A model generated the notes under the pieces. It had not been told where the DNA came from. It was given only the letters and a program-made list of their open reading frames with translations, and did not search any database. Below, piece after piece: positions 1 through 6,814 of a DNA stretch of 38,013 nt. The translations under genes and the position numbers were made by a program. Origin of the DNA: a virus (lineage: Duplodnaviria > Caudoviricetes); IMG/VR virus record IMGVR_UViG_3300008255_000066, positions 1-38,013 of that record; one strand, 5' to 3'. How positions within the stretch are numbered: position 1 is the stretch's first letter; each line of letters begins with the position of its first letter.

Positions 1-93
1 AGCGTTTCCGCCATCGGCGGTAACGCTGAGAGTACTTCTTCCACGCTGGCGGCCTTGCGCTCCGCGCAGGAGGCCATTCAGCTTACACTATGG
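1..93. repeat. Terminal direct repeat, left copy (circularisation overlap)
   Basis: 1..93 is identical to 37921..38013. Confidence 0.95.
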
Positions 94-158
94 CCCATAG
101 TGTAAGCTGAATACCGTTAGCGTTTCCGCCATCGGCGGTAACGCTGAGAGTACTTCTT
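67..158. repeat. 92-bp double-palindrome unit, copy 2
   Basis: Identical to 37869..37960 except the central base of the 37-bp palindrome (76..112: 18-bp arms ATTCAGCTTACACTATGG, centre C). A second imperfect hairpin lies at 119..145. Confidence 0.9.
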
Positions 159-346
159 TCTCCGTGCCCCGCCCAATGAAGGACGCCACGCTTACCCGGA
201 TCGGCTGAGCGGTCGGCGACGTTTTGGTCTACGCGTGCATCCAGCGCCGTCAATGGTGCGACGAACTTGTCCAGAATTCGCCGCCGCTCCTCCAACAGGT
301 TCTGCGGACAGGTAGTTCGCCCGATCAAGACCTTGTGCCGTCCCAT
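83..346 (-). CDS. Hypothetical protein; C-terminus runs into the 92-bp unit (possibly an interrupted N-terminal part of the VRR-NUC gene)
   Basis: ATG at 346 with GGAGG about 10 nt upstream, just after the stop of the preceding gene. The last ~24 codons come from the repeat unit. Confidence 0.5.
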   Translation of the reverse strand: MGRHKVLIGRTTCPQNLLEERRRILDKFVAPLTALDARVDQNVADRSADPGKRGVLHWAGHGERSTLSVTADGGNANGIQLTLWAIV

Positions 347-349
347 GTC

Positions 350-628
350 TCATTGCCCTCCGTTCCACGGTTCCATCTGGTCCATTCTCCGTTCAATCGC
401 CATTTCCGCCGCCGGACGCTGCAACCCCGGCAACTGCCCCTGCGGTCCGAACTCGTCACGGACCGCGTAGACCAGGTGCGCGATCTGCCTCATCAGCGCC
501 AGTTCACGGTCCGCCGTGCGAGGGTCCATGCGTCCCATGTTGACCCACTTCGGGTACGCGTTCTCCCGCATCTTCACTTCCCTGGCCACACATGCAGCCA
601 GGTCGCCGATGTTCTCAGGGCATTTCAT
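350..628 (-). CDS. Phage hypothetical protein (92 aa)
   Basis: AAGGAGG RBS before ATG 628. The CVAREVKMRENAYPKWV..GRM..ADRELALM pattern resembles small proteins downstream of phage replication genes. Confidence 0.75.
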   Translation of the reverse strand: MKCPENIGDLAACVAREVKMRENAYPKWVNMGRMDPRTADRELALMRQIAHLVYAVRDEFGPQGQLPGLQRPAAEMAIERRMDQMEPWNGGQ

Positions 629-645
629 GGCTCTGGTCGCCTCCT

Positions 646-1638
646 TCAGCGGGCTGCATGCCTGGTGAACCAGTCCCGGATATCGGACAGCGTCGGCGGG
701 AATAGCTTCCCCGCCTTCTTGTACCACCGGATGGCCAGCCGGATCTTGTCCGGGCTGACTTTTTTCTCGGCCAGGAACGTCCGCCACCCGGGCCAGGTGC
801 TGATCCCGGCCTGCAGTTTTTCCGGGTCTTCCCAGTCCTTGAAGACATAGCCCCACGACTCCCGGCAGGCCTGGAACAGGGCCTGTTCCGTCTCCGAGTA
901 CGGCGCCGCCGGCAGGCTCATACCACGGCCTTGCGCCGTGGTCGGGTCGGACTGTGGCACGGCGTCGCCTGCGGTCAGGGGCGCACTCTCACACACTCTC
1001 TCTCTCTCACACTCCCCCTCTGGCATCTGGCATCTGGCATCTGGCATCTGGTCTTGGGGGGGGGCGGCTGTAACGGGCGAGAGAGAGACTACAGAGAGAG
1101 TGTGTATGGCATCTGGCATCTGGCATCTGGCATCTGGTAATTCCGCGCGCGTAAGCGTTACACACCCCTGCCTGGGGCGTGTTACATCGCCGTTACATGG
1201 TGGCGGCCTGGCGGTGTTACATTCGCGTTTCTCGGGCGTTACACCCCTGGCGCGTTCACGGTGCTTCTGGACCCGGAACCGGCCTTGTGCACGCGCTTCT
1301 TCCTCTCGCGCCATGCGTCTGCAGACCAGCGTTACACGGTCCTGCGCGCTCAGCGTTACAGGGGCGTTACACTCGCCCCAGGGAGCGCCGTTGACCTCGC
1401 CGCTCGCAACCCCGTACGTCATGAGTTCGCCAAGCACAACAGCCGTCTGTGGCACGGTTGCACCGATCATTCGGGCGTATCGGTCTACAGGCATGGATAG
1501 GTACCCGCGGTTCTCGGCCAAATGCATCTGACACAAGATGTCGGCCCATGCGCCCCGGGTCTCGAGGGTTAGAACCCGGGTGTCAGCCAGGTAGTCACTC
1601 GGGAAGAATTGCATGAACGGCAGGCTCTGCTTGCCCAT
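646..1638 (-). CDS. Replication initiator, YdaU/DUF1376-like (lambda O analogue)
   Basis: N-terminus LPFMQFFPSDYLADTRVLTLETRGAWADILCQM is typical of this family. It has internal iterons, a low-complexity linker and a GGAGG RBS. Confidence 0.8.
   Translation of the reverse strand: MGKQSLPFMQFFPSDYLADTRVLTLETRGAWADILCQMHLAENRGYLSMPVDRYARMIGATVPQTAVVLGELMTYGVASGEVNGAPWGECNAPVTLSAQDRVTLVCRRMAREEEARAQGRFRVQKHRERARGVTPEKRECNTARPPPCNGDVTRPRQGCVTLTRAELPDARCQMPDAIHTLSVVSLSPVTAAPPQDQMPDARCQMPEGECERERVCESAPLTAGDAVPQSDPTTAQGRGMSLPAAPYSETEQALFQACRESWGYVFKDWEDPEKLQAGISTWPGWRTFLAEKKVSPDKIRLAIRWYKKAGKLFPPTLSDIRDWFTRHAAR
984..1371. promoter_or_regulatory. Putative replication origin inside the initiator gene
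   Basis: Eight direct GTTACA hexamers (1157, 1181, 1192, 1216, 1238, 1331, 1355, 1366) plus one inverted (1069). Also two (TGGCATC)4 arrays, CT/GA tracts and a G9 run. Confidence 0.7.
1021..1138 (+). repeat. Two identical 32-bp (TGGCATC)4-TGGT arrays
   Basis: 1021..1052 and 1107..1138, read directly. Confidence 0.95.
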
Positions 1639-1648
1639 GTCGCGGCGT

Positions 1649-1784
1649 CCTCCATCCGTGTTTTTTCAGGCCTTCTACCGGGCGCCGGACTGTGTGGTAG
1701 ACAACCTGGCCACTCCGCCAGGCCGGTGCCATCACTACCCGGATGGAGGTACGTTGATGGCCCAGCCCGGCGTCCGGTAGAAGG
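1649..1784 (-). ncRNA. Candidate structured leader of the initiator gene with an anti-SD element
   Basis: A 21-bp outer stem (1671..1691/1764..1784) encloses two hairpins. 1740..1749 is a perfect 10-nt complement of the SD region 1649..1658. Confidence 0.55.
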
Positions 1785-1849
1785 GGCGACCGGCGGCGGG
1801 ATGAAGTGTGGAGGGTTACGCGCTTGGTGTCCGCCGGCCGCCTGGAAAC

Positions 1850-2725
1850 TCAGATGTACACCGCGAGCGACGTTTCGCGCTCGACCTGCTCGGCCACCGC
1901 CAGCAGCGCCGCGCGGATCGTGCGGTCAATCCCGATCAGCCGTACGCCGAACGTCAGGTTCCCTTCGTGCACGCGCAGGCGGAAGTCTGCGTCCATCGGA
2001 ATGGGCGTGCCGCCGTCGAACAGGGGCAGGCGCAGTTCGAGACGGTCCGGGACTGTCACCGTGCTCCCGTTCACGCTCGTGCGCGTGTCCTCCTCGAACC
2101 GGATCGACGTCCCGTTGTTGGTCGGCAGCTTCCCCGCGCAACGCCGCTCGCTCGTGGTCTCCAGGTTCTGGACCAGGGTCAGGACCTCAGCGCCGTTCGG
2201 GTCGGTGATGTCGAGGCGGTTGTCCTTCAGAAACTCGGCAAACTCGCCCTGCCGCATCATCTTCCCGTTGATCGCGGCCCAGGCCTTGAACTCCTTCGAT
2301 GCCCGCAACTGCAGCGAGATGGTGTACTCCTCCCAGCCGGCCGGCTTCCCGGTCTGCCCGTGCCAGTCCACCCGGCACACGATCGTGTACGGTTCAACCG
2401 TCAGGTTGCCGAAACATCGGCTCTCGGGCTCCTTCTGCTCGTTCACCAGCCGGCAGAAGCTGCCCACGGTCAACAGCTGCGTGTCGCCGACCTTGCGGTC
2501 CGGGACCTCGGGCACGTACGGTTTCAGGTTCACGACCTGCAGCCCGGCCGGCAACACCGCCACCTGCGCCATGTCCGTGCAGGTGCCGACCTTCACTTCG
2601 CGGAACTCTGCCGCCTTCAGCGCCTGCTCCGCCGCCCACTCGGCCAACTCACGCGCGCCACTGATGGGTTTCCCGGCCGCGCGGGCCGCCGGGCTGCCGT
2701 TCGTCTTCTCGGTTCTGCTGTCCAT
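1850..2725 (-). CDS. DUF2303 (YfdQ-like) family protein
   Basis: VDWH, S.EFKAW...NGK.M.Q.EFAEFL.DN and PLFDGG...ADFRLR patterns. AGGAGG RBS. Confidence 0.85.
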   Translation of the reverse strand: MDSRTEKTNGSPAARAAGKPISGARELAEWAAEQALKAAEFREVKVGTCTDMAQVAVLPAGLQVVNLKPYVPEVPDRKVGDTQLLTVGSFCRLVNEQKEPESRCFGNLTVEPYTIVCRVDWHGQTGKPAGWEEYTISLQLRASKEFKAWAAINGKMMRQGEFAEFLKDNRLDITDPNGAEVLTLVQNLETTSERRCAGKLPTNNGTSIRFEEDTRTSVNGSTVTVPDRLELRLPLFDGGTPIPMDADFRLRVHEGNLTFGVRLIGIDRTIRAALLAVAEQVERETSLAVYI

Positions 2726-2753
2726 GGTCCTCGTTCCTCCTGGGGTGCTTGTG

Positions 2754-2772
2754 CCACGGGCTTGACCCGTGG
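2754..2772 (-). promoter_or_regulatory. CCACGGG-N5-CCCGTGG hairpin, copy 1
   Basis: Intergenic, about 29 nt upstream of ATG 2725. Near-identical copies at 3287 and 3676. Confidence 0.6.
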
Positions 2773-2776
2773 GGTG

Positions 2777-3259
2777 TTACTTGATTGCGGCCGCCAGCGC
2801 CTTGCGCGTTTCAGGCGCGAGGCTGGCCACGGCCGACATGACCGGGGCCGGGGCAGACTCGGATTGACTCCCGGCTTTGGCCGCGCTATTCTTCTTCGAG
2901 CCGAAAGGCGATTGAAACAACTCAAGCTGGTCCGGATCGTTCCTGACCAGCCGCCCGTCGTCGGTCGCAAACCGGAACTCGGCTTCCTTCTCGGGCTTCG
3001 GCTTCTTCGCGTCGTGGTCCATCGTCACCACAACCGCGCGCTTGCCGAACTTGGCCGCCAGCTCGATGCTGATCGTCAGCACGATCTTGCCGCGGCCGCC
3101 GTGCTCCCGCACAGCCTCCACCACGCCGGCGAGGGTCCGGGTTACGTCGCACGCGAACTTGCCCTTGGCGTGCTGCTGGATCACTTCCACGATGTCACCG
3201 CGCGGCGCGTCGACCGCGTCCGGATCCTTCGTCTCCCACTTCGGTCTGTCCTCGCTCAT
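2777..3259 (-). CDS. Hypothetical protein of the type usually adjacent to DUF2303
   Basis: V.AVREHGGRGKIVLTI...KKP...F..DDG.L.RNDPDQ.EL pattern. AAGGAGG RBS. Confidence 0.8.
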   Translation of the reverse strand: MSEDRPKWETKDPDAVDAPRGDIVEVIQQHAKGKFACDVTRTLAGVVEAVREHGGRGKIVLTISIELAAKFGKRAVVVTMDHDAKKPKPEKEAEFRFATDDGRLVRNDPDQLELFQSPFGSKKNSAAKAGSQSESAPAPVMSAVASLAPETRKALAAAIK

Positions 3260-3286
3260 GTCCTGCTACCCTCCTTCTGGTTTCTG

Positions 3287-3305
3287 CCACGAGATTGACC
3301 CGTGG
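3287..3305 (-). promoter_or_regulatory. CCACGGG-N5-CYCGTGG hairpin, copy 2
   Basis: About 28 nt upstream of ATG 3259. The single stem change is a G-U pair on the mRNA strand. Confidence 0.6.
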
Positions 3306-3393
3306 CGTTTCTGTCTTACACTTTCACAGCCGATAGGCGCATGCTCCTGGCCCTCCTTCTTCTTCTCTTGCATCCCAGGGGCTTGGCCCCTGG

Positions 3394-3651
3394 TCACCTG
3401 GCAAACTGCAGATTGTCGGGATAGTAGTGCGCCCAGCGGCTGCGCTCGAACAGGTCCAGCATGGGGCTCTGGCCTGGGCGGTACACGTCGCCGGGACGCC
3501 AGCCCGCGGTAAAATCCTTCTCATACCTCAGCAGCCGCTTGTACTCGGGCGCCTTCGGGTGCGGCTTCACCGTCACCAGGTCCGGCCGGTCGTCCACGAT
3601 CAGCATCATCCGGCCGGGACTTCGCGCGAACACTGCTGGTGTTGTGCGCAT
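3394..3651 (-). CDS. Hypothetical protein (85 aa)
   Basis: GGAGGGGTAAGGCG leader before ATG 3651. Codon usage looks coding. Confidence 0.65.
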   Translation of the reverse strand: MRTTPAVFARSPGRMMLIVDDRPDLVTVKPHPKAPEYKRLLRYEKDFTAGWRPGDVYRPGQSPMLDLFERSRWAHYYPDNLQFAR

Positions 3652-3675
3652 CGCCTTACCCCTCCGGCTTCGCCC

Positions 3676-3694
3676 CCACGGGCTTGCCCCGTGG
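3676..3694 (-). promoter_or_regulatory. CCACGGG-N5-CCCGTGG hairpin, copy 3
   Basis: About 25 nt upstream of ATG 3651. Confidence 0.6.
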
Positions 3695-3779
3695 TATGTT
3701 CCGCTGTACTTTTCCTGGATGGATCGCAACACCGAATCTCCCAAGGCCATGCGCGCCGAACTGCGGCGCCTGCATCGTG

Positions 3780-4100
3780 TCATTGCTCGGCTGCGCGTAC
3801 GCTGCCTTTCTCTCTGTGCCGAGAAGGAGGCGGCGTGGGAAACAGTTGCGGTGCGTCTGGCTGAAATCCGGTCGCTTCAGCAGCAGCTTGAGATAGAGAA
3901 GGCGAAGCCCCGGATACGAATCGTCCCGCCCCCACCTCGGCCAGCCGAAAGCGCAACGCCACATTCCGAACCGTCAGGTCTATCACTTCCTCCTCAAGAG
4001 CATCTATGTAAGCCTGGACCTGGCAATCCGATTCCTTGACGGCCGCCGACAATTCCGGGTCGCGGTCGATCTTCATCCGGTATCCGTCTTCCTTCTTCAT
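3780..4100 (-). CDS. Hypothetical coiled-coil protein (106 aa)
   Basis: Same GGAGGGGTAAGGCG leader before ATG 4100. Heptad-like YIDALEEEVIDLTVRN segment. Confidence 0.6.
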   Translation of the reverse strand: MKKEDGYRMKIDRDPELSAAVKESDCQVQAYIDALEEEVIDLTVRNVALRFRLAEVGAGRFVSGASPSLSQAAAEATGFQPDAPQLFPTPPPSRHREKGSVRAAEQ

Positions 4101-4218
4101 CGCCTTACCCCTCCCGTTTCCGCTCACTGCCAGCCTGACCTGACCGCGTTGGGGACCTGTCCTTCCGAAGCAGATACCGCTCAAGATTGGGCTGCATCGG
4201 CTTGACCTTCCGCACTTC

Positions 4219-4422
4219 CTAGCGCAAGTGTTCGGCCCGAAGCAGCGTCGGCCAGACATCGTCCTCCCCTTTGAAGAATGCCTCCATTGCCCCCTTGATC
4301 GTCTCAAGGTCAGGGCCACCTATGGTGGAGAGTATGGGACCGCGCTTGACGACAGCGTAGACGCCGTACATGTTTCGGGAGTCCAACCGCACCGTGAATT
4401 CTCGCACAGAGGCGTACTGCAT
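4219..4422 (-). CDS. Hypothetical protein (67 aa)
   Basis: AAGGAG RBS before ATG 4422. Confidence 0.6.
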   Translation of the reverse strand: MQYASVREFTVRLDSRNMYGVYAVVKRGPILSTIGGPDLETIKGAMEAFFKGEDDVWPTLLRAEHLR

Positions 4423-4423
4423 G

Positions 4424-4624
4424 TCAGATTCTCCTTGTTCCCAGGTTCCTTGCCGACCGAACATCACCATTCGCGTGGACGATGAGAACGACTGCGTCAT
4501 CATCTCGACCGACCTTCCATCCGAAGTCCGCATCCCAACCGATCGTCTGTCCGACCTGCTCACCACTCTGGTCAAGGTCGCCCAGGACTTGGATGCAGAA
4601 CACCGCCAAGGTCAGCCGTAGCAT
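4424..4624 (-). CDS. Hypothetical protein (66 aa); an antisense ORF 4421..4621(+) competes
   Basis: AGGAGG RBS and TGATG coupling to the upstream gene. Its stop abuts the next ATG. Confidence 0.4.
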   Translation of the reverse strand: MLRLTLAVFCIQVLGDLDQSGEQVGQTIGWDADFGWKVGRDDDAVVLIVHANGDVRSARNLGTRRI

Positions 4625-4809
4625 CACCCCCTCCTGCTTCTGTTCACCCGCTTGTCGATGCACGGACCCAAAAAAAAGGCCAGGCTCTGACGCACCAGCC
4701 CGGATACCGGGACCATGCGCCGCCTGGCTTCAGCCTTCACGTACCCCGCAAACTCACTCTCAAGGTACATGCCCACGAACACCTTGCCCGGCCTGTCTCG
4801 CTTCGCCAT
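4624..4809 (-). CDS. Small ribbon-helix-helix/Cro-like DNA-binding protein (61 aa)
   Basis: Beta-helix-helix pattern VFVGMYL-ESEFAGYVKAEARRR-VSGLVRQSL. AGGAGGT RBS. Divergent from the repressor. Confidence 0.65.
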   Translation of the reverse strand: MAKRDRPGKVFVGMYLESEFAGYVKAEARRRMVPVSGLVRQSLAFFLGPCIDKRVNRSRRG

Positions 4810-4833
4810 ACCGTACCTCCTGCTGTTGTTCTT

Positions 4834-4862
4834 ACGGTACACCGACTTTTCGATGCCGTCAA
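4834..4862 (-). promoter_or_regulatory. Putative sigma70 leftward early promoter
   Basis: TTGACG (4862..4857), 17 nt spacer, TACCGT (4839..4834), just upstream of the RHH gene RBS. Confidence 0.55.
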
Positions 4863-4918
4863 CCCCCGGTTTGCACTTTTTTTGCTGGCGGTGTGTCTTC
4901 CCTCTTGGAAGTGCACCT

Positions 4919-5242
4919 ATGGCGTTCAACAAAGACAACTTACGGCGCGCCCGCGAACTCCGCGGTTATACCAAGATGGACTTGGCATGGCGTGCCGACG
5001 TCTCTCAGTCTCAGATATCCGAATACGAGTCTGGCAGGTGTCAACCGAAAGCCGACAAGGTCCGTCGTCTGGCCAAGGCTTTTGCCGTGCCCCATCCAGA
5101 CTTCCTGTTTCTGCACCCAGATGGCGCGACGCTGATCCTGTGCGAAGCTGACGGCGGGATCCACCTGCTGTCTCTGGACCAGGTGACCGGCGTGAGCTAC
5201 AGCAGGGCAAAGAAGCTTCCTCACGCGAGCGCAAAGCCGTGA
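4919..5242 (+). CDS. XRE-family helix-turn-helix repressor (107 aa)
   Basis: LRRARELRGYTKMDLAWRADVSQSQISEYESGRCQP is a classic HTH_3 pattern. No S24 peptidase domain and no obvious SD. Confidence 0.85.
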   Translation: MAFNKDNLRRARELRGYTKMDLAWRADVSQSQISEYESGRCQPKADKVRRLAKAFAVPHPDFLFLHPDGATLILCEADGGIHLLSLDQVTGVSYSRAKKLPHASAKP

Positions 5243-5249
5243 CCTGCAA

Positions 5250-5414
5250 CCGTTACGAGTGTGTTACGTGGTTTCCCGGTTTACCGTTACGAGAAACAGC
5301 CTCCATTGTTGGTGTCGTTGAGAGACAGAATGCCCTTTCGATTCCCCCCGCCTCCACTCTCCTATTGTCTTTTCCAGCAACGAGTTACAGCGCATTTCTG
5401 GCGGGCCGCGTTAC
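5250..5414 (+). other. attP: core 5337..5357 matching the tmRNA (ssrA) 3' end, flanked by GTTAC arm-type repeats
   Basis: TTCGATT-CCCCC-CGCCTCC-A-C = T-loop, T-stem 3' strand, acceptor 3' strand and discriminator. CCGTTACGAG at 5250 and 5284, GTTAC at 5263, 5384 and 5410. Immediately upstream of the integrase. Confidence 0.75.
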
Positions 5415-5444
5415 TGGTGCAGGGACAAGTTAGCAGGTACGCCA

Positions 5445-6536
5445 ATGGCGCTATTCAGGCAACGTAATCGCCAAACGTGGCAGGTGCGGTTGTGGGTGCA
5501 CGGGCGCCAGCGCTCGGTTTCGACCGGCACGACTGACCGGGCCGAAGCGGAAATCATCCATGCGCAACTGGCCGCCGGCCAGCAAGGCAAGGTCAGGCGC
5601 GACCGGATCGTGCGCGCGCTCGATGCCATCCTGGGCGTGGACGATGCGCCGGTGATTCCGGACGCGGGCGGGTTGGTCCTTGGTGGCGTGTGGAAAGCGT
5701 ACCTCGCGGTCCCGGACCTGGCGCTGTCTGCGGAAACCATGCGCAAGCGCCGGATCTCGGTCGAGCGGTTCGGGCGGTGGCTCGATACCGGGGCGCCGGG
5801 CGTGGTCTACGCCGGCCAGGTGACGCGGCAGGTGGCGGCGCGGTGGCTCGATGCGGTGCGCAAGGGTGGCGCGGCCGGCAAGACCTGCCAGAACCTGCGC
5901 GGTGATCTGGCCGCGGTATGGTCGCAGCTTGGGACCAGGTACGATCTGCCGAACGTGTGGCGTGACGTGCCGGCCCCCAAGGCGCGCGACGGTGCGTCCG
6001 GACGTGCCTTCACGGCTGCGGAGTACGCGCGGATCCTCGATGCGGCCCGGGTCGTTGGACACGACTGGGAAGGTGTCTGCGTGGTCGGGTGGTGGACGGG
6101 GCTGCGGTACGGCGACGTGGCGCGCCTGCGCTGGGACCAGTACCGGGATGGGGCTTTATGGGTGGTGCCCCTCAAAACGCGGCGGCATGCCGTTGAAGTC
6201 TGCGTACCGGTACATGCCAGCCTGGCCGCGTTTCTGGCCGGTCGCGGCCGTGACGGCCAGTACGTTTTCCCCTCGCACGTCGCACGGCTCAAGAGCAGCC
6301 AGCGCCGGGGCGAGTTCGGAACCATCCTCCAAAGCGCCGGGGTCGCGGCTCAACCGGGTGAGCACCTGTCTTTTCATTGTTTCCGTCATAGCTTCAGGAC
6401 GCGGCTCTCAGCCGCCGGGGTTCCGGATGAAGTCGCGCGCCGGCTGGGCGGGTGGCGGTCCGACGTGGCCGAACGCGTGTATGATCACGACACCGAACGA
6501 CTGCGCCGGGCCGTGGTTGCGTTGCCGGCGGGCTAA
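5445..6536 (+). CDS. int: Tyrosine recombinase/integrase
   Basis: TGLRYGD (R), LKT (K), HCFRHSF (HxxR), LGGW and VYDH (Y). N-terminal arm-binding-like beta region. Confidence 0.95.
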   Translation: MALFRQRNRQTWQVRLWVHGRQRSVSTGTTDRAEAEIIHAQLAAGQQGKVRRDRIVRALDAILGVDDAPVIPDAGGLVLGGVWKAYLAVPDLALSAETMRKRRISVERFGRWLDTGAPGVVYAGQVTRQVAARWLDAVRKGGAAGKTCQNLRGDLAAVWSQLGTRYDLPNVWRDVPAPKARDGASGRAFTAAEYARILDAARVVGHDWEGVCVVGWWTGLRYGDVARLRWDQYRDGALWVVPLKTRRHAVEVCVPVHASLAAFLAGRGRDGQYVFPSHVARLKSSQRRGEFGTILQSAGVAAQPGEHLSFHCFRHSFRTRLSAAGVPDEVARRLGGWRSDVAERVYDHDTERLRRAVVALPAG

Positions 6537-6787
6537 AACGGTGGCGGACGCGTCGCAAAATAGGTTGCCGCGGCGGCCAGGCCGGCGCTTACGACGCTGG
6601 TCACTAGTATGGCGCGGCGGTCCTGCCCGAGCTGCGCGCGTTGGCAGCGCAGTAGTACGATCAGACCACGGCAGACCGCGTCGTGCGCCTCGCATTTCGC
6701 AAGTCCAGCACGGGCGCGAAGGTCCGCTATTGCCGCATCGCATTCGTTCTGCAGTGCCTCGACCGCCGTCATTGCGCCGTTGATCAT
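6533..6787 (-). CDS. Small protein with C-terminal hydrophobic helix (holin-like)
   Basis: AILVTSVVSAGLAAAATYF segment. Last gene of the late operon. AGGAG RBS. Confidence 0.55.
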   Translation of the reverse strand: MINGAMTAVEALQNECDAAIADLRARAGLAKCEAHDAVCRGLIVLLRCQRAQLGQDRRAILVTSVVSAGLAAAATYFATRPPPF

Positions 6788-6814
6788 GCCGTCTCCTGCT
6801 GTCCTGCTGGCCGT

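Noticed and set aside
1-93. Biological terminal repeat of the virion DNA
   Set aside because: An exact short overlap is more simply an assembler circularisation overlap. Real termini cannot be inferred without reads.
4670-4677. A8 run (U8 on mRNA) as a frameshift site or terminator
   Set aside because: No adjacent stem and no compelling alternative product.
5320-5365. Complete tRNA or tmRNA gene
   Set aside because: Only the T-loop to discriminator is present, with no 5' T-stem or acceptor strand. Treated as the att core.
5445-6536. Protelomerase acting on the 37-bp palindrome
   Set aside because: The protein is 363 aa with a standard integrase HxxR motif and an adjacent att core. Nothing indicates a telomere resolvase.
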